The notes under the pieces were generated by a model. The model saw nothing but the letters and a program-made list of their open reading frames with translations. It was not told where the DNA came from and did not search any database. A DNA stretch of 64,000 bases from Vairimorpha necatrix. Taxonomy: Eukaryota. This document shows, one piece after another, positions 1-11,616 of the stretch (positions are counted from its first letter, which is position 1; every line of letters begins with the position of its first letter). The DNA lies in assembly GCA_036630325.1 (NCBI GenBank), contig CP142727.1, forward strand, positions 806,001-870,000. Direction: 5' to 3'. Made by a program: the position numbers and the translations under genes.

Positions 1-369
1 CAATAAGTAAATTATATTAACATCATTTAATACTACATCTGTATATTATCAATTGTAAATGGGAATAGTCTGTTGAAAGCGTCATTATATTGAAAAACAG
101 TCTTTTTAGGTTTTTATAATGCCATTAGGCATTTGCATTCTCCAAACCATTCCCATAGAGCTTTTGATTAAAACGCTTTTTGTATAAACTTAATAAGACA
201 AAAAAGTCAAAAAAAACCCCCCTAGATTCAGACTATACATGAATAGAAGGTCTAAGCTCCAAAAAATAGAAAAAAAAACGTAGAAGACAAGGTAACAGGG
301 TATATACACCAAGGACGAGGACAGGAAATACTTTTAAAATAAGATTAAAGCATGTAAACAATGTATGCT

Positions 370-960
370 CAGTTTTAATGATCGAAGGAAGAACCTCGTG
401 ATTACGCATGGCTTTGTTCAATTTATATTGATTTCTAAAGTTTCTGCTTTCTATGATGCAGTTGGAACAAGTCAGACGATAAAATAAATTGTGTGCGTCC
501 AGCCATAGGGAAATTGCATGCAGTGAAAGCCACACTTTGGGACCGCAAAAATTTCATCTCGTGTTGACTTACGATACATACAGAATATGATGGTATGCTC
601 TAGATGAATCTTTGACTAATGCAAATCCTTGCTATTTTAAAAAAAACAGACCTAGTAGAAACTTAGAATATCTTGCAAAGGTTTCCTATATTTATTATAG
701 AATACTTTCTTCAAAACTAAAGCAAACCTGTGGTCAACACTTTTAAGAAATGTCTGGCTGAATGTCGCGTGTAATAAGCTGTGTATAGGTTATAGACGAT
801 TATAAAGACACTTGGGGCTGTAACTATATGTATATTCTAGCGTAACTAATAATCTCCGTTATTATAGTCGCTGTTAAATCATCCTCCTCCAGATTATGAA
901 TAAATATGAAAATGCATTTTGGAATAAAGTCAAACGGATATGACATATACTGGTCACTCA
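370..960 (+). mobile_element. Old, diverged copy of the tRNA-headed SINE-like repeat
   Basis: Shares blocks with 2262-3050 (tttctatgatgcagttggaacaa, tgtgtgcgtccagcca, tggtcaac, ggtcactc); ends are fuzzy. Confidence 0.5.
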
Positions 961-997
961 AATTAAAGTAGAAACACTTATGTAAAATAGAACTATG

Positions 998-2197
998 GGC
1001 GCTACTAAATTATCTCGGCCACTTTTTAAAAGAGGGGTAAAAAAAATAAAAATTGGTAGATAGAAAATTTTTACAAAAATAGAAAAAAACAGACTTAAAA
1101 TTTAAGATTTTTATTAAAATTTTAATTGGAAGATGTAGAAAAAAGTAGTATTATCTTAAAGAGGGTCAAAAAAGGGATTTAGAGTCATAATTATTTATAT
1201 TTCTTTTTTTCCATACGAATTCATTTAAAAATATTTGGATTCTCTTTTTATATACACCACCTCGTGCACGATATTGCTGCTTCAAATGAGACCACAGAAT
1301 TTCAATTCGATTGGTGTTTGTTCCTCCCTGTGTGCTTAACCCTTTACTGTGATTTACAACGTAATGAATTGACCCAAATTTACGCACTGCCTATGGATAC
1401 GAAAGATATCCATCTGTTACTATTATAGAACCCGGCTTAACATATTGTTTGAAAAACTCAAATATTGAATCTTTTTTTCTGTTTGGAATTATTTTTAAAA
1501 CAAAATTTCTGAAATTATCCTTCGCTACGCCGCCTAAAATTCATTGTATCGTAGGAATATCATCATCTAAACTTGATGAATTTCTCGATTATTAACCCAT
1601 ATCAGCTAGCAGTTTCGTCGAATTGTACTATGACGCTTTCACCGCCAATCTGTTTCTCCTCTTGTTCTCTTTCCCCAATCAGTTCATTAATTATGTTTTT
1701 TAGTTTTATGTAGGTTGGCTCAGATATTTGGCATAAATTTACTGCGTGATAGCTTCTGGCGTTAAAAACCCAGCAATGTATTCCTTTTAAAACTTTGTTT
1801 GCATCAATTCTTATTTTTTCTAACTTTGAACCCTTACTTGTGGACATCCTTCTCCTACATGATGTGTTGACACATCGGAAAACTTTCCCGTCTAGTGCTT
1901 TTCTCTCGGTTTGTAAGCGATTAGCACTACCACACTTATCACAAATAATAGAACTCCGAAAAACATTATGTCTTGTGAAAAATATCAATGCTCTTTCGTT
2001 GTTTTGGAATATTTCGTGGGAGAAGTCTAAGCTTGTTAGCTCGTCAATAAGTCTTTCCATGTTTGGGGCGGATTTTAACCCCTTTTTACCTTTACTCAAT
2101 TATCTCGGCCAAGAAAAGGTTACCCTTTAAATTTGAACGAATTATTTATTTTTTTACCCCTATTTTCACCCCTTGGCCGAGATAATTTAGTAGCGCC
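998..2197 (-). mobile_element. Merlin/IS1595-family DNA transposon, degenerate
   Basis: 24-bp TIR GGCGCTACTAAATTATCTCGGCCA at 998 and its inverse ending at 2197; 8-bp TSD GAACTATG on both sides. Confidence 0.92.
1166..2099 (-). pseudogene. Merlin (ISXO2-like DDE) transposase, broken into fragments
   Basis: CxxC zinc ribbon, IGG...VQFDET, VNHSKG...TNRIEILWS motifs split over ORFs 1602-2099 and 1166-1387 by frameshifts/stops. Confidence 0.88.
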
Positions 2198-2261
2198 GAA
2201 CTATGCACATGTTGAAAGTAAGATCCATCAGATTATTTTGTATGGTTTAACTATCTCTAAC

Positions 2262-3050
2262 GGTGCCCTTAGCCCAAAGGTATAAGGCGATTCTTCCATT
2301 GAGCAATAGCTGGGTTCGATTCCCAGGGGCACCAAAATTGTTTCTACTTTCTATAATGCAGTTGGAACAACTCAGATGATGAAAATGTCCACGATAATTA
2401 TTAATTTGATTCAATGAAACTTGTGTGTGTCCAGCCACAAAGGATTAGCATCTAGTGTAGAAACGCATCTCAAAGCCAAAAAGCAGTATCACCCCTTGGT
2501 GACTTAATGATACATAAAAGTATCTGATGAGTACGGCCCAGTTGGAGCCCATGGCTGGTGCACTCTAGAGTGGGATCCTAGAGCTAACTAAGAGACCAGA
2601 CGAAGTAGGGCAATAGAAAGTCACGTGGACCCTATCCTACAAAATTCTGTAACATGGTGGCCGAAACTAGTGGGAGACTGGTGGTCAACGCAGCCCAATA
2701 AAAACGTCAGGCTGGGGATGTGGTCGTGTAAGGAGCCGTGTGTTTAATACGGATGATTGTAGGGACCTTTGAGTCAGTACGATGATGTCTCTCCTCGGGT
2801 TATAGATAACTATGCCCGTTAAGTATATCCGCTGTGAGGTCACTCTGGACGCGATTTGAGGTATAAATAGGGAGTGTTTTCCTGGAGCCAAAGTCCAATG
2901 GATACGGCGAAGCTTGCTGCACCGGCAAGTTGTATGGAGGGAGTTTTAGTGAGTAAGAATCTCACAGTACCAGTTAGATGAGGATCACACTCGTATCCCT
3001 CTGGTCCCTATGTAAGGTTTCTCCCTACCTCTTACTTACAAGAAAAAAAA
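2262..3050 (+). mobile_element. tRNA-derived SINE-like element (~790 bp)
   Basis: 73-nt tRNA-like head (GGTGCCC/GGGCACC acceptor stem, B box GGTTCGATTCC), long body shared with 4 other copies in the window, A-rich tail. Confidence 0.8.
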
Positions 3051-3528
3051 TATAATAAAAATTGCGATTTACAATACACTATTGTCGGTGAAACATTTAC
3101 TATTTAAAATAAAGACGATACCTTAAACATTTATAATAACCTTTATTAACTTTAGTCTTGGATATAATGCTATGATGACCTAATCAAACAAAACATAGCT
3201 TATCTCACTATTTGTTTACTATTCTTAACAAATACTCCATGTCCATGTAATAAAAAACATTCTCCTTTCCAAGAATGGTCTTTCTAAAACTTCTTGTTTT
3301 TTGTTTGTTTGTAAACAAACAAACATGTAAAACTATAAATAGCGAAAAAGCCCAAAAGGGCACGGTGAGCAAGAAGGTCAAAGCAACTCAAATAACAATA
3401 ACGATAACAGTCTTAAAAGTACCTTAACTTCATCGAGACATTTTTTTGCCTAAGATACGTCAAATGCATATAAAAGTAAATATTTATGTATAAAATTTAT
3501 TTTTAAAAATTATCTTTTGTCAAAATTC

Positions 3529-3801
3529 TTATCTTTTAGAATTTTCTCTTCTTCGATTTTTTCCAATTTCTTTAGACCTTTCAATAAAAAACCAGAAATC
3601 TACAACATAGGGATCCATCTTTAACATTCTGGCCAAGTGTATAATGTGATTTGGTGAAGGCCATTTACATATTAAAAATACCTGCATAAGTCTTCGAGTT
3701 TGTAATGGTGTTATCCACACTCGCTTAGCAGTATCTTTTTTCAATTTTAACAATCCTTCGATTGCCTCACTTTCCTTTGAAATTCTTTGATTTTTTTTCA
3801 T
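3529..3801 (-). CDS. Short homeodomain-like protein (ORF extends to an upstream ATG at 3849)
   Basis: RVWITPLQTRRLMQVFLICKWPSPNHIIHLARMLKMDPYVVDFWFFIER follows homeodomain spacing (R..T..Q...L...F....yP......LA..l.....V..WF...R); Asn51 is replaced by Ile. Confidence 0.7.
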   Translation of the reverse strand: MKKNQRISKESEAIEGLLKLKKDTAKRVWITPLQTRRLMQVFLICKWPSPNHIIHLARMLKMDPYVVDFWFFIERSKEIGKNRRRENSKR

Positions 3802-4820
3802 GTCGAATTGAGAAAAAACATTTATATACAAAAAATTATCAAGGATCATTAATCAAATTAAATTTGATTCAGTTTTATGATTTGTTTTTAATATCACAGT
3901 AGACAATTAATTCAAAATTTATTAAAATTAACATTAATTTCTATTTTTTTAAAAAATCAATGCCAAATTTTTTTTTGTACTACCAATAAAAGGAAAATTT
4001 ATGATCATTGTTTTCCGATTTATCATACTGATTAATTCATATATCACATTTGTATATGAAACAAATATTTGTGATTGTAACTTACTAGTAATGAATGAAA
4101 ATGAAATGTAAAAAACCATATAAAAAAGTTTTTTAGTTACTTTTCGAATAATTCAATATGATGCATGTAAATGTCACATACTTATTGATAAATTTTTAAT
4201 AATACAAAAAAACAGAAATTCAAAATAAAAACTATATGAGAATATGTTTTTTATAAAATTTATTTGTTACTGTCAAAACACCACATGTCAAATTTTTTTA
4301 ATTTATGATATTTTTGGCAACTTGTATATAACGAATAAGCTTCAAACTTTAATATCATTAAATCAGCGTTCACTGACCTTTCTTAATTTTAGATATAAAA
4401 TACACTTTTTGGTGCATTTTAATTGGAATTCTGTAACATTATTAGCCACATTACTCTATTTTTATACCCCACAAAATTTTTAATTATTTTATCCATAATA
4501 TGATAAGAATGTCGATGAAGAAAGAAAAAATTCTTGATGAAATGGTAAATCAAGAATATATAAGATTTTAAATGATAATAACATGAAGATTTATATCTTT
4601 TTTTAACTCAAAGAAAACTTTCACCTGAAAAGAAAAAAGAGCTACCAACTTTTTGGTTAATTTCAACATTGTATCTAAAAATTTGTAAAACAATTAAGCA
4701 TGCATTAGTAGTTACGAGTTTATTAGTGTCCTGTTATAATGTTAAATTGTAAGGGCTCGAAAATTCTTATATGATAAAATGCTTCTTAATTGCGCCTATT
4801 TAGCTAACTTCACAATTAAA

Positions 4821-5574
4821 TTTTTTCTTTACAGGTAATGATAGCGGCCCTTACATAGGACCTTGGGGGGTTGTAGTGATCTCTAAACAACTTGTACTAT
4901 GCGATCTTTACTCGCTAAAATTCCTACTATATAAATTGCTGGAGCAGCAACCTGTGCAATATCCAGTAGACTTGACTCTAGGAGATTATATTTCCTTCTA
5001 TATCTCGATCGCACGCAAAATAAAATCCCAGCGAAAATACTTAACGGACATGTTTTTATAACATGATAGGATATGTGCTACACTAGCCCAAAGGTCTCTA
5101 CAATCATTCGTATCGCACACACGTCTCCTTACAGCACAAAACAACCCTATTTGATAAACCAAGTTGACACCAGTTTCTATTTAGTCTTGGCCACTATTTT
5201 ACAAGATCCTGTAGGATAAAGCCCATCATGCCTTTATTCTTCTACTTCCTCTTCGTAACCTCTAATATCATCTGCCTAGAGTGTACAGCCATTGGAACAA
5301 CTAGGGGTTATCCGGCATTTAGTTTTATGTATTTTTAAGTCGCTACAAAAGAGATGTTGTTTTTTCGGGCTTAAGGTGCTTTATCTACTAAGAGAACCCC
5401 CCTATGGTTAGATGCACACGAGGTTCATTTGATCAACTTAATGTTTATCGACGATAATTATATTAACTGTGTTTTTCAACTGCATCATAAAAAGTAGAAC
5501 CATTTTACTGCCTATGGGATTCGAACCTAGCCATGCATAATGAAAGCATTGCCTTCAAAACTGGCTAAGGGCCT
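4821..5574 (-). mobile_element. tRNA-derived SINE-like element, diverged, reverse orientation
   Basis: Reverse complement has a tRNA-like head (ggttcgaatccc) and collinear similarity to 2262-3050 down to the A tail. Confidence 0.72.
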
Positions 5575-5922
5575 TTTACCATTTATATAAAATTTAACAT
5601 TTTTCTTTAAAATCAACCCGGTCGCTGTCCATGATCATCATTCCAAACCATAAAGTTTTAAAAATTTTTTAAATTTCTTTTGATATTTTTCCTGGGTTCT
5701 CCATATTTGTGAAAAGCTCAATCAAACACATTCGTCACAAATTCAGCTTCAATTATATTTACACGACTATTATCATTACTTGTTAATTCACGATTTGATT
5801 TCGACCCCTGTTTTTGTTTATGTTTAAATGGGTCGTAAATGATATCAAATATAATATTATTCTTTTGTAGATTCAGACTTCAAAAAAGCAATTTAAAACA
5901 AAAGAATCAAATTAAAAATTCA

Positions 5923-8900
5923 TGTCTTTATTTATCATTATAGGGGATAGAAATTATACAAATATATCACATCCCCCCTCAAGACGGTTAGTCTCATCCA
6001 ATTTTCACATCTATCCCAAGCATACTTTTCAATTCATAAAGTTTATTCTTCAAAAGCCTATTATTAATAAGTTTTACAATATAAGAATCTTTTCACACTT
6101 TATGACAATTTCCCCTGCATCCAAAAATCTTCCTTTCTCATACTTATTAACTCCTGCCAAATTCTCGTTTAGCTATTCTTACCAATTGTCCTTTACTAAA
6201 TTTTTATATCTTTATTTTCTAAACCTATTACAATATTTCCCTAAAAGTCTATTTTCAAGCATTACGTCTCCAGTTTTATCTTCAGTCGCTTCATTTGGTG
6301 TACATTTTATTCCTGTATGATAGCTCTGATTATATATATATATATATCGATACTTTTATTCACTTTCCATCAAAAGTTTCCGCATCCGACTTATTAATAT
6401 TTTCTCATAAAGTTCCAATACCTCGCTCTACGCTTCCGTTACTTCTAAGCGCTTCTGTACTTACTTGTCGGTGTATTATACCCAGATCTCTACACAATTT
6501 TCATAATTCCACGTTATAAACTTCTTTTCGCTATCCGTAATAATTTTTTCCGGTTTCTTTCCTTGCTCACATAACCTCTTCAAGAATCCAATATAATTAT
6601 TACTTGACTTGTTATTTATAACTACTCCCCATACTATACGTGTAAAATAATCAATAGCAACTAAAATATATTTCTTCTCATTTCTAAAGTCTATCAATAT
6701 AAATGCAACCTTCCCTAAACATCTCGACGTTTTTCAAATTCACAACTTCCCATATTTTTCCTGTTATATATCTGGCATATCTGACACTGTTTTATAACCT
6801 CATTTATTTCTTTCTTTACTCCTGGCTAATAGTATTTTTCTCGTATTGCAAAATAAACACTTGTCATACATCTATGACCTACTTTTTCATAATATTCTTG
6901 GAATAATTTTCTCAAAATATTCTCTGGTGGTATTTTAACTTTACGTCCTGAGTCAAATTGCCAATATTGTTTTCCATTCTCGGTTATAACATGCGCCTTC
7001 CATTTACCTTCTGTTTGCTTGATTGTTCGCTCTTTATTTTCATTTGTTTAATATCCTCTTCCATGTTTATTGACTCAACGCATCTGCTGCCACCATCTCA
7101 TTAGGTTTTTTATATTCAACACTAAAAACAATCGTGTATCTTCTCGATTGTGCGATTTATTCTGTTATTGTTAAAAAACAGTTTTTTTCCTATCTCCACC
7201 AGTCCCTCGGAATCCGTTTCTATCTTGGATTTCCTAACTCTTAACTCGTATTTAAATTTATCAATGCCCCAATATATCGCAAGCATTTCCTTTTCTGATA
7301 TACCATATCTTATTTCTGTTGGTGTTAGCTTTTTAGATGCCCATTGTATAGCAACCCATTCTCCATTCTCATTCTTCTGACGTGACGGTGCACCTAATCT
7401 CAAGTTGCTAGCATCTGTTCTTAGAATGAACTCCTTATTATGGTGCGGCAATCTTAGTGGGGTGTTTACCAGGGAGCTTGCCTGTGGCAAGGAAGCAATT
7501 AATGATGCTACGGGGTTTTGCCGTGAAAACCGGAGTTAAAATAGTTTGAATGAAAAGATTGTTTATTTGTTACAAAAAGAGTTAACTTATCTGAATTATA
7601 GAAGAAAGAGTGTTTGATTGTAATCGAAAGATGAACCATGTTGAAGATGTATTTCTTTCTTTATAGTTAGAATAACCAATAGAAGCAAATGTGATAAAAC
7701 TAATCAATAATTACTGCCCATCATTGATCGTTACGGGGAAGAATCAACGTTTTAGTTTCCATTAGATAATTATAGAACATGCGGTATAATCTATTATACC
7801 ACACTTAGTGCCACCATATTTCTTAACTCACTTTTCATTTCAGTAAATTCCTCTTTTATCTCTCCCGTTAATTTCCACGAATTTGTATTTTTCTTCAAAC
7901 TATCTGTCATTTTCAACGTCGACCCGGCATAATCTTTTATAAATGGTCTGTACCATCCAGTCAATCCTAGAAATCTCCCAATCCCGTCAAAGTTTTTGGA
8001 TTGGATACTCCAAGGCTTCATTTTTCTTTATTTTGTCGGCCGTCATGTCTGTTCCATTCAGCGTCACACCTAATAGTTTTACTTCCGCTTGTCTAAACTG
8101 TATTTTCCCACTATTTAATTTCATTTTATTTCTCTGAATTCTTTCTAAAACCTCTATTACTAGTTCATCGTGTATACGTAATTTGTTGGCATGTATGACT
8201 ATATCGTCCATGTATACCTCAACGCCTTTTTCTGGCAAATCCTTAAAAATCGTTTTCATCGTTCGCTGTAATATCTTTGGGGAATTTTTGTATCCCATCA
8301 CCATACTATTCCATTCGTAAACTTTTTTATTAAATTTAAACGCCGTATTATGTTTATCTTTTTCTTCGATTTCAAAATGGCAAAATGCTTCTTTGCAATC
8401 AGCCACAGTAAATATTATCGAATTTTGGGTAGCTCTTATTATTTTCCTCATATTTGTTAGCTCATACGAGTCTTTCTCGACTAAATCATTCAACCCTATA
8501 AAGTTACTAACTACTCTTACTATACCGTGGGGGTAAGTATCGCTCTTATTGAGTTTTGTAAATTAAGATGACGATCTTCTTATATTCTTTCATTTTTCTA
8601 AATCATGATTATATTCTTCTTTCTGTTTTATAAATGCCCGGGAGATCGTCTGTCCCTTTCTGACTATCTTCTTACCCTCTGATGTATCAATCTTACACTT
8701 CTCTAATGTACAATAACTTATAACCTTATCTTCTTGTTTGAAAACTTCTTCATATTTCGCTTTGAGATCTTCCAACGTAAATTCCCTCTTCAGTAATCTT
8801 CTTTTCGTCTCTTTATTGCAAACATATATTCTTTCTGTCTTCTATCACTATTAATACATTCCTTACTTAACTATTTTTGTCTTTCCAAATGGTTTATATC

Positions 8901-9476
8901 CTTTATTATCATTACTGCTACTACAACTTTGGTTTTCGTCTAAATTTCTGTACTTATTAAACTTTTTATTATTTTCCTGATTATTGTTCCTTCCTACATA
9001 GCAGTTCCTAGCCATATGGCCAAATTTACCACAATTAAAACAATTCCTATTATTACTTATTTCTTGTACTTGATTCTTCGCAACTAAATCTTTCTCTTGC
9101 ATTTCTTTCCCCACGGTTTCTCTAACATTCTCAGCTATAGCCTCCATAAGCTCTCTCCTGTTTTTTCTTGTTTTTTGTGTTTTTCTTCTCTACACATCTC
9201 CTCCTATAATTCTCAATTATTTTAAAAAATTCGTCCTCTTTACTAAGTCTTTCTACCATAAAACTTTTTATTTCTTCACTTCCTTCCATAAATATTCTCT
9301 GCTTCCACATACTGAATTCTACTTCCTCCATCTCTAACCTATAGATGATTCTTTTAACTTCCTTTAATAGCTTTTTGGCCTCTAGAGCACTGTCCACACT
9401 CGTAAACTTTCGATTCGGTATCGCCGCATGTCTTTATTTATTTTAAAAAGGATAGAAATTATACAAATATATCACA
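5923..9476 (-). mobile_element. Degenerate Gypsy LTR retrotransposon with ~49-bp LTRs
   Basis: LTRs 5923-5971 and 9429-9476 (TG...CA), 5-bp TSD ATTCA, PPT gagggggga; fragments of gag CCHC (CFNCGKFGHMARNC), RT (YMDD), RNase H (RTDAS) and integrase (IDYFTR, IITD). Confidence 0.9.
7458..7803 (-). mobile_element. Solo LTR nested in the pol gene of the 5923-9476 element
   Basis: TG...CA ends, 5-bp TSD CTTAG; removing it rejoins pol (MVAL|RLPHHNKEF); 3' end matches the LTRs at 42433 and 62800. Confidence 0.88.
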
Positions 9477-11616
9477 ATTCATAATAAACAAGGATTTAAA
9501 ACCTAATTTTTAGACAATACTAAATAAAAACTATAGATCTATTGTTGCATGATAAATTGTTATTTCAACAATCCTAAATGTTGCAATGAAATGCATTATT
9601 TATTAGTTTTATATTCTAGCTATTTATATAACTAACCAAATGTTTAGATTATTCTTTGGGGATATTCCCTGATTTGTCAATTTTTTCGTTAAAGGTAAAG
9701 CATCCTTTTCGACTTCGCATATAGCAATTTTTTTTTATTGTTATGCAAGTGTCGTCGTCCAAACCATTTCTATTGAGTAAAATTTTATTCATATCTTTAA
9801 AGAGCACTAATCATCATATTGCTGCTTATATTGTGATCATTCTATTTGTATATCATTAATCATCAAATTATATGTCCGCCTTTGCTAGCATCTGTTGTCT
9901 ATAATATACTTTAGTGATTTTATATATAATGAACACTCTTTGTACAATTGTTTAGATCTAATCTAGTTTATATGGGGTTAAATATTTTTTTTCCCACATA
10001 TCACAACCACCTTCTTTATGACGCCCACTCATGTATCACCGGATACTTAGAATCCACTTTTTAAATTCATTGTCACTAGTATCTGCACATTTAACCCGAA
10101 CAATAAGTATTTCATATCAAAATTTTCAGACTCATTTATGTATATATGTCCACGTTAGGAATTTATTGAAGCGTTTAGTCTTTTCGCAGGGTGGTATTAC
10201 AAATACCACAAATTAATTATTTTTATTTTATCAATTTCCCCTTTTTGGAAAATAGACCATTCGACCGGTCTATTCCAAAAATTAAATATTTATTTCTTTT
10301 TGCCCTAACCCCCACCGGATCATGAAGCTGCCAAACGATCAATTCCCTTGTTCGATGACCAAGGAAGGGCTGTAAAGCCAGGGACCAGACTCCCGCAAAG
10401 GATGCCCAACGAGGCCAGAATTACAATAAAACAATTAACTTGATAGAACAATATATATATCCAAAGGTAGCTCCTTTGAATTACTTCACGCGGAAACCCA
10501 GTCAAATATTTCGTTTCAAATTGTCAAGCAATTTATAATTTGAATTTGTCCTGATATATTTTTATGAATTTATATACTCAAAGATTATACAGAAAACATA
10601 TATTGAGTATCAGAAAAGAACGATAGCAGCAGAAACAAGTGGTAAATACTTAGAAACAAATACCTTAAGATCATATAACCTATAACAAGTATAAGTAAAA
10701 AAAATAATTGGAATTTTAAAGAGAGACGTAAAGTGAGCTATCATATCGATAAATTTATTGTAAACAGAGAGAATTGATAGCGAAGGACTATTTACCTCGA
10801 TGAATAATATTTTAATGGAAAAAAACGCAAAAAGATTGTAAAAAAAATTTAATTGTTTTTTCTAAAAAGAGCCAAAGCACCATTATATATATTTAGTAGC
10901 TCTTCTGCAGTTATAAAATCTGCTTCCAGATAATCTGCAGAAATTATTTTGTTTCTAGTTCTTTAGTTCTGAAACAACCTGTAGATGGTTTGAACATTGC
11001 ATCTAAACAAAAAACACAAATCTTTTACCAAAATTTGGTCTGGAAATTTAATATCAAAAAAACAACCCAAAGTACATATTCTTAACTTTAGTAAGTTTCA
11101 TGGCTTTACGGGGTTTTCTTGTTTTTAATTTTAATATCCCTAAAATTGCTTGGGCTTCGTTCTCATTGATTCTACTATTCTTCATACCCATGCAAGAAAA
11201 AACATTTATATATTAAAATACTATAAAAAAATTAATTAATGTCACCGTTCAGACCGGACGCCCGTTCGGACTGGACGCCGGGGGTAAAAAATTAAAAAAA
11301 ACTCTCTTCAGTCAGGGGCGAACCAGAAAATAAGAACAAATAAATGTTCGTCTTTAAGACAGCTCAAATTTTGTCTCGATTTTTTGAGGGGTAAATTTTT
11401 GTTTTTTTTTTATAATAATGGGAGGGAATAATGAAAAAAAGGAGAAAAATAAAATAAACAAAATTTTTAGTACTTTATTCATTGCCAAGCAACCTTAGAT
11501 CTTTAGTACTGTGGTATTACAACCACATGTAAAATTCCATTTTCCCAAAATGGAATTTCTTAAATATTTTTTTTAAAAAATATTATTTTTCGACCCCAAC
11601 AAAAAGAAAGAAGTAG

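Noticed and set aside
2262-2334. Functional tRNA gene
   Set aside because: The anticodon stem does not pair cleanly and differs among copies; it is always attached to the same ~700-bp body, so it is treated as a SINE head.
10319-10330. ATCATGAAGCTG matching part of the LINE A TSD, as a target-site motif
   Set aside because: A single 12-bp match with no associated insertion, and the other TSD of the family is unrelated.
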